The notes under the pieces were generated by a model that did not search any database, was not told the DNA's origin, and saw only the letters and a program-made list of their open reading frames with translations. A DNA stretch of 63,017 bases, counting the filler, from Basidiobolus ranarum (Eukaryota), in NCBI GenBank assembly GCA_040143965.1. It is 40 parts of 40 records of this genome, joined end to end, with 100 filler letters (N's around TTAATTAATTAA, not from the genome) between each part and the next. Parts side by side here need not be neighbours in the genome. Positions count along the whole stretch, not along the records: positions 36,352 to 37,828 come from JASJQH010011940.1; positions 37,929 to 39,404 come from JASJQH010011941.1; positions 39,505 to 40,980 come from JASJQH010011942.1; positions 41,081 to 42,556 come from JASJQH010011943.1; positions 42,657 to 44,132 come from JASJQH010011944.1; positions 44,233 to 45,707 come from JASJQH010011945.1; positions 45,808 to 47,282 come from JASJQH010011946.1; positions 47,383 to 48,857 come from JASJQH010011947.1; 32 more parts are not named here. The stretch is one strand, 5' to 3'. Position numbers and translations under genes: made by a program. Every line of letters starts with the position of its first letter. Position 1 is the first letter of the stretch. Positions 36,702 to 48,957 of the stretch are shown in pieces.

Positions 36702-37828
36702 CCCTGACAAAAGTAAAATTGATTTGATCTGGATTGGATCCACCCTCCAAAAGAGCAAAATTGTCAGAGAATCATCACAATATTGATGGCTTGCATTCTG
36801 CAAGGGATTTTGATGGTGTGATGGCAGTTTCTTGTTGGTATTTTGATGGTGTTCATACATGTTAAAATATTGATCCTCAAATTTGGCATGCATTATTCAA
36901 TATCTGGTAATTTTTGCAAAGTATCATTTTTGAATGGCAAATTACTGGGCTTACTGCTGTAGGAATTCAAATTAATATGCATGCCTTTATTTAGATATTT
37001 TAGGCTTGGTATTCCAGCCATAATGAGAATCAAAAAATACAAAGATCTTGTTTTGTTTAGTCTCTTTGTATGCACAAACTTGACTGATTAGACATTACTC
37101 AACAACATCAAGGTGCTTAACCAGCAAACTAGCAGTGGAAAAATTGCTAAACGTCTGAAATTTTCAATAACACTGACACTTGGCAAATAGCTGACTCTTG
37201 TTACCATTCACAATGAGTATACGCTCTTGGATTTTGGCAAATTTCCACCAAGAATTCAGCCAATATATCCCTGACTTGCTGTCAACAAATGTCTGGCCAC
37301 AAGTATATGTGTCATTGCTTGAATTGACTACCCCATGGCTAAAACAGTAATACTACATATCTTGATCTATCTCACTAAGAAGTCTGTCTTGCAGCTTTCC
37401 TAAAAATACTGTCAGATTATCAAACAAACAAACTAGTCCAATTATACAGGTATTTACTCTGTGTCCATGGATTGGGCTTTGTTGCTGTTATTGTGCCCGA
37501 ACAATGTGAAAACCCATGAGCACATTGAAAAATGCTCTTTGTTGGAAGGTTAGTATACTCTGGACTCTCCTTAACCCGTTGCATCACATCCTTCACTGAT
37601 TTTGCTGATACACTATTAAGCAGATTAGCATATGTTAATACTGACAATTTCACAAGGAGAATCATTTCACCACAGGTGTGCTCCATTGGGAACTCCCAGA
37701 ATATATAGCAAGGGCCTATAATCTCTAAACATTGTGAAGGATGCAGCAGGGAATGTATTGAATACCGGCATAGATTCAGTCTATCTTCTTTAAACCTGTA
37801 ATAAAGTTTTTCACATCCAATTAAAAAA
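36702..37828 (-). mobile_element. CACTA-like right terminus and transposase C-terminal region
   Basis: CCCTGACAAAAGTAAAATTG terminus. IHSLLHPSQCLEIIGPCYIFWEFPMEHTCGEM. Confidence 0.9.
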
Positions 37829-37928
37829 NNNNNNNNNNNNNNNNNNNNNNNNNNNNNNNNNNNNNNNNNNNNTTAATTAATTAANNNNNNNNNNNNNNNN
37901 NNNNNNNNNNNNNNNNNNNNNNNNNNNN

Positions 37929-38727
37929 GGGCTGCTATGTTTGTTCATTTGTTGAGTGTCCCTTGCAGCCCACTAAATGTTGCAATTTACAACAAAAAAC
38001 TGTGGAATCCAGAATTTTGCCAACATTATTTACAGAGTGTGCTTCAACTTGGATTACTGAGGGTGGGTCAATGGATTAGCTGTGGATGGTGTTTTTGGAA
38101 TGTGGCCCTAGGAGAGACACATGAAATACATTGTGGGCTTTGAAAAGGTCTTGGAATTCAAGGCGAAAAGCTGCTAAACTGATTCGCTTCATAATCTTAA
38201 AAGCCCCTAGTATTTTATGATCAAGTTTGTCATAAGGTCTAGTGATCTTGATTTTTCTTTGGATTAGCCATACAAAATCTCCTGGCTTGAAATCTAAATT
38301 TGGGATTCTTCTCTTATGAGTAAATACATATATTGGGAGTGGGCATGCTCCAATTTAGATATTAATTGCTTGTAGATGTCCTTAAAAAAAGTAGCATGAT
38401 CTGAGGCAGCAGGGCAAGGTTGATTGGATGGTAAGTGAATTGTGAAACAAGGATGGAATCCACATTTTGCAAAGAAAGGAGTTTGTTTTGTTAAGGTTTA
38501 ATAATATCTGTTCTAAGCTAATTCAGCAAGAGGCAAAAGTTGTGACCAATTGTTTGATTATATTGGACAGTGAATTGCAAATATTGTGCCAAACTTGGTT
38601 ATTTATTGTATTTGGCCATCAGATTAGGTATGGATGGCAATGGAAAGATTGGCCAAGATACCCAAGGTTTGAAGGAGGCTTTTCCAGAATATGAAGCCAA
38701 ACTGAGGTCATTGGTTGGAGATGATAG
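37929..38727 (-). mobile_element. Degenerate Ty3/gypsy integrase C-terminus, GPY/F module and chromodomain (chromovirus)
   Basis: SDGQ, FKPGDFVWL..KLDHKILGAFKI..HNVFHVSLL..VGKILDS..LQHLVGCKG. Confidence 0.85.
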
Positions 38728-39404
38728 CCCTAACAAACATAAAATTGGTTTGATCCTGATTGGATCCACCCTTCTGGATTGCAAAACTGCAAGAGAAACA
38801 TCACATAATCAGTGGTTTGCATTCTGACAGGGATTTTGATAGTGAGATGGTGGCTTTGAGACAGTATGTTGATAATATTCATACATGTCAATGTATTGAT
38901 CCACATATTAAGCATGCATTATTTAATTTTGGGCGAATTTTGCAAAAATCAAATTTTGAAATGGCATGTTACTGTGTTTACTGCTGTAAGAATTCCAATT
39001 AATATGCATGCTTTTATTTAGATATTGTAGGCATCATATTCCAGCCATAACAAAAGTCAGAAATATAAGAATCTGATAGTGCATAGTCTCTACATAAGTA
39101 CATTCTTAGCTGATCAGACATAATTCAACAACAGCAATATGCTTCACCAGCAAACTAATGGTGGAAATATTGCTATACATCGAAAACTTTTAATAGCACT
39201 AACACTTGACAAACAGCTAACTCTTGTTACCATTCACAATGAGAATAAGCTCTTGGATTTTTGCAATCTTCTATAAAGAAATTAGCCAAAATATCCCTAA
39301 ATTGCAGTAGGCAAATGTCATGCCTCAGGTAGATATGTCCTTGCTTAAATAGATGACTAAATAGCTAAAACAATACTACTGTCTATTTTGATCTTTCTCT
39401 CTAA
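38728..39404 (-). mobile_element. CACTA-like right terminus and transposase tail
   Basis: CCCTAACAAACATAAAATTGG. Collinear with 36702-37378. Confidence 0.85.
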
Positions 39405-40884
39405 NNNNNNNNNNNNNNNNNNNNNNNNNNNNNNNNNNNNNNNNNNNNTTAATTAATTAANNNNNNNNNNNNNNNNNNNNNNNNNNNNNNNNNNNNNNNN
39501 NNNNTGGATGTGTCGTATAGGCTAGAGGGTGATGCACATCCCTACAAAACCTAAGGGAGTTGCTAAAGATAACACTGGCCTGGTCCTGAATAGCGATACC
39601 AAAACTATTGGAGCGCAACGCTTCACTAAGCAACCCATTGAAGCACTACACTAAAGCGTCCGAATGACCAATTTCGTATAAAGCTGGAAAGTAATAATTC
39701 TTATGGTTTTGTATGTTCCCATATATCTGTTTCTCATGGTAAGTAGAGTGCAAACTTTAGGGCCCATTCACAACTTCATTCACAACTTCTCTTTAGATAG
39801 CCTTATCCATGCTTGGTTTCTTCAATACGTATCAGTCATAATTGCCTCTTATTTATCAGATGTCTTAAAGTTGAAAGGATCGTAAGTCAAAATCATAGGT
39901 TAGGGTACAAAAGATCAACAGTTTATTCTAATCGCTCCATTATATATATATTTATATCTAGAATTGCCCTGTTTCAATCCTAGGCAATTGATCCAAAATC
40001 AAATGCAGCAAATCGAATTCACTTTGACAAACTCTCATCGAGTTTGAGTTTGGGGCTAGGTAAGTAAGAGCATGAGGATGAGTATTGGTGTGGGTGTAGG
40101 TGTGGGAATGAGCTGTGGGTAAAATGTGGGACCCCAAACTGTCGTTTTAAAGGCTAATGAGCTCTATGCTGACTAATCCATGTTCCAAGCAGCAAATACT
40201 TACATTGCCAGTGGAGATATGCATTGTCAAAATGATGTTTCAATATAATGATTTTTCGTGCAAGAAAGGTAGGGACTAGCATTCCAACATTCCCTAAATT
40301 TGAACTAATGTTACCCAGAGTGTCCTACTAATATTCTCTACATTTAGTCATATTCCTTAGTACCGCAAGACTGTATTGATGGTATGATATGATATCGTAT
40401 GAGTAGGTGTATTGTACCATATTGGTTTTCAATTTCTGCTTTAGTGAGCTATGAGCGTAGTTTAACTGACACATGCTTTTGTCATGGTTAAGACTTTTGC
40501 ATACATACTTATACTATTAGAGTCGCACACCAGTGAAGTATCGCTCTGACTGGATCTCCTTATTTGAAGTCTATTCAGAAATATAGGACAATACTATTAA
40601 TTGTCGAATGCTTCACTATCATATACTAGCTTGAACACTATATACTGAGAAATATAGACTTTTATTCTAAATATATTAATCAGTTGAGTTATTATGAGCT
40701 ATACAGGTGTATACCTTAAACATGGCCAGAGCTATGCTAAGTACTTGAAATTTGTTTTGAGCATTGTAAAATATCTATATATAAAAGCTATACTGAGAGG
40801 TTCAAATATATTTGAAGAACTCCATCTCAACTTAAATAATTGTTGGATAATTAATCTTTATTCAACATTATAGTTAACTTTAGT

Positions 40885-40980
40885 TATGATACATATATCA
40901 GAAACAGAAAGCAACGTATCTATAGCCCCTATATTCTAAATAGGAATATCTCTATATCTATACAACAAGTATGTCTTATT
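40885..40980 (+). repeat. 5' portion of LTR family B
   Basis: Matches 62747-62833 and 50710-50762. Confidence 0.65.
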
Positions 40981-41080
40981 NNNNNNNNNNNNNNNNNNNN
41001 NNNNNNNNNNNNNNNNNNNNNNNNTTAATTAATTAANNNNNNNNNNNNNNNNNNNNNNNNNNNNNNNNNNNNNNNNNNNN

Positions 41081-41362
41081 TTCCTTGTGTTGGAGGCTAT
41101 GGAGAAAGCGGGTATGGAAGCAGGCCTTAATCCAGACACAGCTTCATCACTCGCGATTCAAACATGTCTAGGTGCAGCTAAAATGGCAGCAGCAAGTGAG
41201 GATTCCGTGGCCGAACTTCGTCGTAAGGTTACCTCACCCAATGGTACAACTGATGCTGCTATCAAGACGATGATTAAGGGAGATGTTCCCAAGTGGGTTG
41301 GCAATGGTGTACTTGCTGCTGATAAAAAGTCCAAAGAGCTTGCTAAAGAACTTGGAAACTAA
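41081..41362 (+). CDS. PRO3: Pyrroline-5-carboxylate reductase, C-terminal part (copy 1)
   Basis: LAIQTCLGAAKM..ELRRKVTSPNGTTDAAI..A..KSKEL. Confidence 0.93.
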   Translation, partial: FLVLEAMEKAGMEAGLNPDTASSLAIQTCLGAAKMAAASEDSVAELRRKVTSPNGTTDAAIKTMIKGDVPKWVGNGVLAADKKSKELAKELGN

Positions 41363-42055
41363 CTACAAATTTGCCATGTACTATACAATTTGATGTAATA
41401 ACATTTACTGTACATTATCAGATATGCAACGATTACTATAAACCAACACATGCTTATTCAATTCTATAAATCCAATAATTAAATGAAGTTTCACTTCAAC
41501 AACATAATATTCCCCATCCCAGTTATCCCAATGCGGCAAGTAAACAAAATTAGTGTAGTCTATCGAATAAATGAAATCAATTCTAAAAGTAGAAATTCCA
41601 TGGGGAGAATGCGGAAAATATAAGCACTGAATGAATTCTGTTTTGGAATTTTACTTGTTTTCTTCTTTCCTAATGAGCCAGTAAGATAATATTAACCAGA
41701 AGGTGTACCACCGATTTCCGATTCTCGATGGTTACTAGATCCAATGGATTGCTCTGGATAGATCAGGTTGGGATGATATTCCATGTGGAGATCATTCAAC
41801 CGTTTCATCGGTGATATCATTTTAGAAGGAACCCAAAGTAAGTGCAAAATGAAGGCCTATACATGTTCTCGTTCGGATCAATCCCCTATCGTACATATTA
41901 GGAAATTAATTGATATAAGCTCCAACTGATATATTACTTTATCAGTGTCGAGATTAACAAGATATAAAAGGGTGGTCGTAGTTGGACAAAAAAATCATTT
42001 CCAACTCGTACTATTTCGTAAACCAACTCTCTTATTTCTTTTTTTCCTTTCAATA

Positions 42056-42457
42056 ATGACTTCCAGAATCTGTCAACGTATTTCCTTTATCGGTGGTGGT
42101 AATATGGCTGAGGCTATTATCGGTGGACTTATTGCCAATAAGTATACCCCTCAGTGTGTTACCGTATTCGATCCAAGTGTAGAAAGACAAACTGAACTTC
42201 GTCAAAAATATGGTGTCACTATTGCTGCCGATGGAAACTCTGCTATCTATGGAGATGAGGAGAACGGTGATCACAGTGCTGATATCGTTGTTCTTGCTGT
42301 GAAGCCACAAGTCTTAAAACAAGTCGCTTTTGGAATTTCAAAGGCCGTTCGTACAGTGCAGCCATTAGTAGTGAGTATCGCAGCTGGAATCCGAACCCAA
42401 TCTATGGAACGCTGGTTGTTGAGTGGTAGCGAGGATGGCCATCAATCAGCCAACTAA
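42056..42457 (+). pseudogene. PRO3: Pyrroline-5-carboxylate reductase, N-terminal part (copy 2), apparently truncated
   Basis: ISFIGGGNMAEAI, VVLAVKPQ, VVSIAAGI. The stop comes before the expected RxMPNTP motif. Confidence 0.8.
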
Positions 42458-42656
42458 AATAGCTTTCTTTAAAATCAAGTAATGAAAATAGCTAAAGCTT
42501 GAGGTTGTAGAGACGCAAACTTATCAAACTTATCTGTTGCGAAATTCATAACCTAGNNNNNNNNNNNNNNNNNNNNNNNNNNNNNNNNNNNNNNNNNNNN
42601 TTAATTAATTAANNNNNNNNNNNNNNNNNNNNNNNNNNNNNNNNNNNNNNNNNNNN

Positions 42657-42931
42657 GCGTTACCCCACCACTGAGTGTGTTGGCAGGTGAGTTGGTAGTA
42701 GCGAGCATCGGCCCAGTCAGTGCACTGGCCATTGTCAAAACGAAATTGGAGAGAACACGAGTCAAAGCTGGTGATATCGCCGAGTATGCTCTTCTCAGCC
42801 AGTATCTCGGTGTGGTCGGATAGCGGAGTGACTGAGGTAGCACTTGGAGCAGGAAGAGCTTGAACCGCCAAACTTAAGAAAGCAGTGGCGGTAAGGCAAA
42901 TGTAAGAAATACCAAACGAGATTTTGACCAT
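42657..42931 (-). CDS. Secreted CHAP-domain (Cys/His amidohydrolase-peptidase) protein, N-terminal part (copy 2)
   Basis: Signal peptide MVKISFGISYICLTATAFLSLAVQA. GQCTDWADARYYQLT..WWGNA is the catalytic Cys motif. Confidence 0.85.
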
Positions 42932-43937
42932 TTTAATTTTGTTTTGTGGTGTAGTTAATTGTGAGTTTAATGGTGATATGAGTTCAGTCTTTATATCTTA
43001 ACAATCACTTCATCTAGCAAATGTCTATCCAATGATTTACGGATTCCCATCAAAGTGAATCCTCTTTAACTAAGTTTTCAACCCAGATATTTTCAGTTCC
43101 CGATCATCATTGCCATATGTGGGAATATTATTAAATATGGTAAGGCCAGTCTAAATATGGATTTTAATCGATGCTAAGTTACTGAAGATTAGAATAAATA
43201 TACCATATATGGCTCATGTTTCCCAAGTGTGACAGGATAACAACAATTTTCAAAAGGCTAGATCAGTTCAGATTAGATCTACTCCATACTGAAGTTGCAG
43301 AGAACTCCATAGTTCATTGAAATGCGAGCCTTTTTAATATACGATGGGATAAATGAGAAATGTCACTGGTTTACTCTTGAATCTAATATAAACTACATGA
43401 TTGTTGTTATTAAAAAGATGAGTAACAAGAAAGCTGATACGGTAGAATACTCTAGAAATTTGAAGATATCTTCATTGATTATGAAATTTTGAATGAAGTA
43501 TGAATAGTTTGTGAAAAAAGGTGTACCGTTACTGTAAATAAACTAGATTATGGGTTCAATTGATTCTGACTATAAATTTTAATTTCTTCTACGGAGTGTT
43601 ATAAAAACAGGAGGAAACCAGCATTTGGTATATTATTCAGAATACCGAGAATACATGTAAACATTTACCCACAATATCTATTTGTGGCTGTACAAAGCAA
43701 TGTTACTTAATACAGTTCTAGAGAAGTTGGAGAAATAGTCTTGTTAACCTTTCTATTAATGCCAGACTAGGGTTTCGCAAATAAGCATCCAATGTGGCAA
43801 ATAATTAATTAACGGTATATTTATTTTGTAAATAATACATTCTAATTGTTCTATAGTAAGAATACAAAGAAGGAATAAGTAATGCAAAATAGCTAGTGAC
43901 CTGCTTTTTTGTGGGTATCTAGAGTCAGGAGTAGTAT

Positions 43938-44132
43938 CTACTCATACCAGATGAATGATACTCCTTCACCCGTGTTGAATGTGACGTAAGTGGTGATATA
44001 AGGGCCTCCTTCTCCATCGATCTTGTAGTTCCAGTTACTCGTGTATACACTTCCATCATCATTGATGCTTTCAACTACGGCAACATGGCCATATGAGTCA
44101 CATCCCTGATATCCTGGCTGGATAGCAATGAT
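43938..44132 (-). CDS. CHAP-domain protein, C-terminal part (copy 1; absent from the ORF track)
   Basis: IIAIQPGYQGCDSYGHVAVVESINDDGSVYTSNWNYKIDGEGGPYITTYVTFNTGEGVSFIWYE*. YGHVAVVE is the catalytic His motif. Confidence 0.88.
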   Translation of the reverse strand: MIAIQPGYQGCDSYGHVAVVESINDDGSVYTSNWNYKIDGEGGPYITTYVTFNTGEGVSFIWYE

Positions 44133-44232
44133 NNNNNNNNNNNNNNNNNNNNNNNNNNNNNNNNNNNNNNNNNNNNTTAATTAATTAANNNNNNNNNNNN
44201 NNNNNNNNNNNNNNNNNNNNNNNNNNNNNNNN

Positions 44233-44977
44233 CTATAATCTGGACTCATTTGTGTGTGTAAAAATCTGATTGTACTTGTTGGAAAGCTGTAAGACAGACT
44301 TTTTTGGTGAGATAGATCATGATATGCAGAACCATTTTTTTAGCCATGTGGTAATCTATTCATGCAATGACACATCTACTTGTGGCAGGACATTTGTTGA
44401 CTGAATATTGGGGATATTTTGACTGAATTCTTTACAGAAATTTGCCAGAATCCAAGGGCTTATTCTCATTGTGAACAGTAAAAGAGTCCACTATTTGCCA
44501 AGTGTCAGCGCTGTTCAGAATTTTAGATGTTTAGCAATTTTTCCACCATTAGTATGTTTGTAAAGCATATTAATGTTGTTGAGTTATGTCTGATCAGTCA
44601 AGTATGTGCATATGTTGAGACTAAACATATCAAGATTCTTGTATTTTTTGATTCTCAACATGCCTGGAACACAAAACCTAAAATATGGAAATAAAGGCAT
44701 GCATATAACTTGAATTCCTATAGTAGTAAACCCAGAAATTTGCCACTTGAAAATTAGATATTGTAAAAATTGCCAGAAATTGAATAATGCATGCCTATTT
44801 TGAGGATCAATATTTTAATAAGTATAAATGCCATCATAATACCATCAAGAAACCACCATGACCCCATCATATCCCTGGCACTATGCAAGCCACCAATATT
44901 GTGATAACCTTCTGATGGTATAGCAAACCAAAAGGGTGGATCCAATGCAGATCAAATCAATATTATTTTTGTCAGGG
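44233..44977 (+). mobile_element. CACTA-type transposase tail and right terminus
   Basis: Collinear with 12965-13710. Ends TTTTTGTCAGGG. Confidence 0.85.
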
Positions 44978-45707
44978 TTTTACTCTCCTTCCTCATCTAC
45001 TCTCAGATCTCCCTTCAATCAAACGCAAAATACAGCTCAAGCAGATGACCCTATGCAAATTGATGCAACTCAATTCAGAAAGCTCAGCCCTGAGGAGAAA
45101 TATCAGCACCCACAAGCAAATCTATTTCTCTACTATAAAGCTCCTGGACATGCAGCCAGAGCCTCTCCAAATAAGAATCATGAATTTAAAATCAACAATA
45201 GGCAAGTAGAAGAGAACTCTTCACAACTATTAGAAAACTTCAATGCCCTGCTGCAATCATGGGAAATATTGATGCAAACAAGAGAAGCTATGCCTATATT
45301 GTGGAGCTCCTGGACATGTAGCAAGAACATGTCCAAAAACCAATCCTGGATTTAAGATCAGGAATATGCAAGTAGAAGAAAACTCTTTCCAACCATTGAA
45401 AACTTTAACACCCAGCTGCAATAATTGATATGCAGTTGAGCCAACTGTCTTCAAAAATGTTTCTTCATCATACACTGCAATCTCTGCAGTCATTCAAATT
45501 ATTAAACCTGCCTATGACACTCCAGCTATCAGATTCCAAGTCGTAAACACAACTGCACTTTTGATTCAGGTGCTTCCTTCTATTTTGTTGACTCTGGCTT
45601 TGTCAAATCCAACTCTATGCCAACAATCAAGAAATCTAGTCCAGTTCTCGTAGAAGTAATTGATAGAAGGCTGTTATCATTGGGTGCTGTAACACATGAG
45701 ACAACCT
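44978..45707 (+). mobile_element. Degenerate Ty3/gypsy gag end and protease
   Basis: DPMQIDA..LSPEEK...NLFLYYKAPGHAARASP (eroded CCHC), a frameshifted ALLDSGAS-like motif, and VEVIDRR..VTHET. Confidence 0.85.
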
Positions 45708-45807
45708 NNNNNNNNNNNNNNNNNNNNNNNNNNNNNNNNNNNNNNNNNNNNTTAATTAATTAANNNNNNNNNNNNNNNNNNNNNNNNNNNNNNNNNNNNN
45801 NNNNNNN

Positions 45808-47282
45808 CTCCATTTTGCTGTGGAGTATAAGGTACAGTAGTTTGTTGCTTAATTCCATCTTTAGAGCAAAAACTAGCAAAGTCTTTATAGCAGTATTCTC
45901 CAGCATTATCCCTCCTTAGTACCCTTATTTTGTGTGCTGATTCTTTCTCTACCATTGCTTTGTAGTGTTTGAATGTAGCTAAGGCTTCAGATTTTGATTT
46001 GAGAAAGAAAACCCAAGTATATCTTGTTTTGTCATTAATAAAGGTCATTAAATACCTTTTCCCACCCAGTGAGACATTTTTCATGGGCCCACATAGGTCA
46101 GAAAGAATCAGGGAAAAATTCAGGGTGGATTTGATCTCTCCAGAGCTTGAAAATAGCTTTCTGTGATGTTTTCCATATATGCAACCTTCACACAGATCCA
46201 ATTTAGTGGTATTTCTAATTTCCAAGCTTGAAACAAGATGATCTTGGATCATTTGGGTCAGTTTTTGTTCCCCAATATAGCTTAATCATCTATGCCATGT
46301 TTGATAATGTATTTCACCAGTTTTGGTGAAGCTTACATGCTCAGAATGCAATTTATTGATACTTAGCTTGTATAAGTTTTGAGTTTTGATCTCAGTGGCT
46401 AATTTGGTAGTATTCTGATCTGTGATAGTGCATCCAGCCTTACTGAGCACAAAATTTAATCTTTGAGTTATTGCTTGGCCTACTGAGAGTAGATTCTGGG
46501 CTATATTTGGTACATACAGTACATCATCTAATTTTGCAGATGGTGTAGCTGAATTTTGGTCTAAAACAAGTACAACTGTGCCCTTACCAACTGCATCTAG
46601 TGCATAGTCATCACCTAGATAGACTTTCCTTGTTTGAATTGGTTTTAAGCTGGAAAACCAACCTTTCCTGTTTGATATATGCTGGGAAACTCCTGAATCA
46701 ATGTACCACATTTTTAGCTTTTTGGCAAAAATCCTTTTTCAGCAATCATTGATTAAATGGCTTGGTGTCTTGCAATACTCGCAGATGATTAATTTCCTAA
46801 TAGGGGCACCATTATTGAAGCCTGTTAGATGTTTTACAGCTCCAAATAGTGCCTGTTTTGCATTATTTTGCTGAGAATTAGATCTCCTTAATTCTTCATT
46901 CAAAAGCCTAGCACCAACATATTCCTTTGTTAATGGCTCTGATCTTGATTCTAGTACAATTATGAGGTTCCCAAACTTGTGTGGGAGGCTCCCAAGTAGT
47001 GTCATGACTAAGTCATCTTCATTTAGAGGTACTCCAATGGATGAGAGCGTATCTGCCCTAGTTTTTATCCAATTTATATGCTTAAGCATAGCATCATCAG
47101 GATTCATCTGAATTGAGAATAATTTTCACCAAAGATATGTCCTATTAGCCAGACTTTTAGTCTCATATAGTCCCTCCAGTGTTTCCCAAGCATTTTGGAT
47201 GTTTTTAGCTGATTGAATGTGCCTCAATTGAGAATCTCTGAGATGTAGACAAAGTGTAGAGAGTGCTTTCCTCTGCTTCTTG
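45808..47282 (-). mobile_element. Ty1/copia gag, protease and integrase (third family)
   Basis: LLGSLP, CEYCKTPSHLINDC, WYIDSGVSQH, CEGCIYGK, DLCGPM, DNAGEY, PYTPQQNG. Confidence 0.95.
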
Positions 47283-47382
47283 NNNNNNNNNNNNNNNNNN
47301 NNNNNNNNNNNNNNNNNNNNNNNNNNTTAATTAATTAANNNNNNNNNNNNNNNNNNNNNNNNNNNNNNNNNNNNNNNNNNNN

Positions 47383-48857
47383 AAAATTCCAGCTGTATCT
47401 GAGCCCTATTCAACCAAAATTTCAGTCCCAATTACATCAAAGGATGATTCAGGACCCAGAAGATCATCCAGAAGGAGAAATAAGCCAGGAAACTGGTGGA
47501 ACACTTCCAATGATGATGTATATGCTTATGCAGCATTCTGTGACAAGCCACAGACTCTAGATCAAGCTTTGGAGTGTCCAGAATCAAAATTATGCAAAAA
47601 AGCAATGTCAGAAGAGTTATCTTCACTTCATGACAATAAAACACGGGTTTTAAGTCCTCTTCCATCAGGGAGAAAGCCAATAGGTTGCAAATGGGTCTAC
47701 AAAGTCAAAAACTGAGCTGATGGAACCATAGAAAGGTACAAAGCAAGATTAGTTGCAAAAGGCTATTCCCAGACTCCAGGAGTTGATTTTAATGAAACTT
47801 TTGCTCCAGTAGCTAAGTTTAGCTCCATTAGATCAATCCTGGCACTCTCAGCCATCCATAACCTTGATCTACATCAAATGGATGTAAAAACAGCCTTTCT
47901 GAATGGAAATCTAGAAGAAGAGATCTATATGGAGCAACCGGATGGATTTATTGACCCAAAACATCCTGATATGGTCTGTAAACTGCAAAAATTGCTCTAT
48001 GGACTCAAGCAAGCACCCAGGGCATGGTACAACAAGATAGATACCTATTTGGAATCTCTGGAATTCCAAAAATGCACAGCAGATCACAGTATTTACATCA
48101 AAACAACCGGAAATAGGATCCTTATCTTGGCACTATATGTGGATGACTTAATCATAGCCACAAATGATCTAGAAGCACTTAATCAGACAAAAAGCAGCTT
48201 ATCAAACCAATTTCAGATGACTGATATGGGTGAATTAAGTTATTTTCTTGGAATCCAAATCAAGAGAGATAAACCCAATCAGAAAATTATGCTGAATCAG
48301 TCTAGATACATCCTAGACATCCTAAAACGCTTCAACATGGAGAATAGCAAGCCTGTATCAACACCAATGGATCCCAATGTGAAATTAATCAAAATTTCAT
48401 CCGATTTGGCCCAAAATAGCTCAAATCAAAGCCAGGAGTTCCCTTATTAATCCATGGTTGGTAGTTTAGAGTGTACAATGGTTGGAACACATCCAGACAT
48501 TGCTGTAGCAGTGGGAACTGTCAGCCAATACCTCAAAAACCCAGGATCTGAGCACAAAACTGCAGTAAAACAAATATCCAGGTATTTGAGGGGAACTGTA
48601 GATCTAGTTCTGGAATACTCTGCCACTCCTGATGCACAAAACTTTGAAGTCTACAGTGATGCAGACTGGGGAAGAAACCTTGATGATAGAAGATCAACAA
48701 CTGGATACACTTTTCTCTAAGGTAATGGAGTCATAACTTGGAATAGTAAGAAGCAACCAACCGTAGCTCTTTCCACTACAGAAGCAGAGTATATGGCTGC
48801 CTCTGCTACTACACAAGAAGCTATGTGGTTAAAGAAGTTATTTACAGACTTAGGACA
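47383..48857 (+). mobile_element. Ty1/copia RT-RNase H
   Basis: [54 protein letters not shown]. Confidence 0.96.
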
Positions 48858-48957
48858 NNNNNNNNNNNNNNNNNNNNNNNNNNNNNNNNNNNNNNNNNNN
48901 NTTAATTAATTAANNNNNNNNNNNNNNNNNNNNNNNNNNNNNNNNNNNNNNNNNNNN

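Noticed and set aside
41081-44132. Apparent cluster of P5C reductase and CHAP genes, and likewise bestrophin next to hexosaminidase
   Set aside because: They lie on different contigs separated by artificial linkers.
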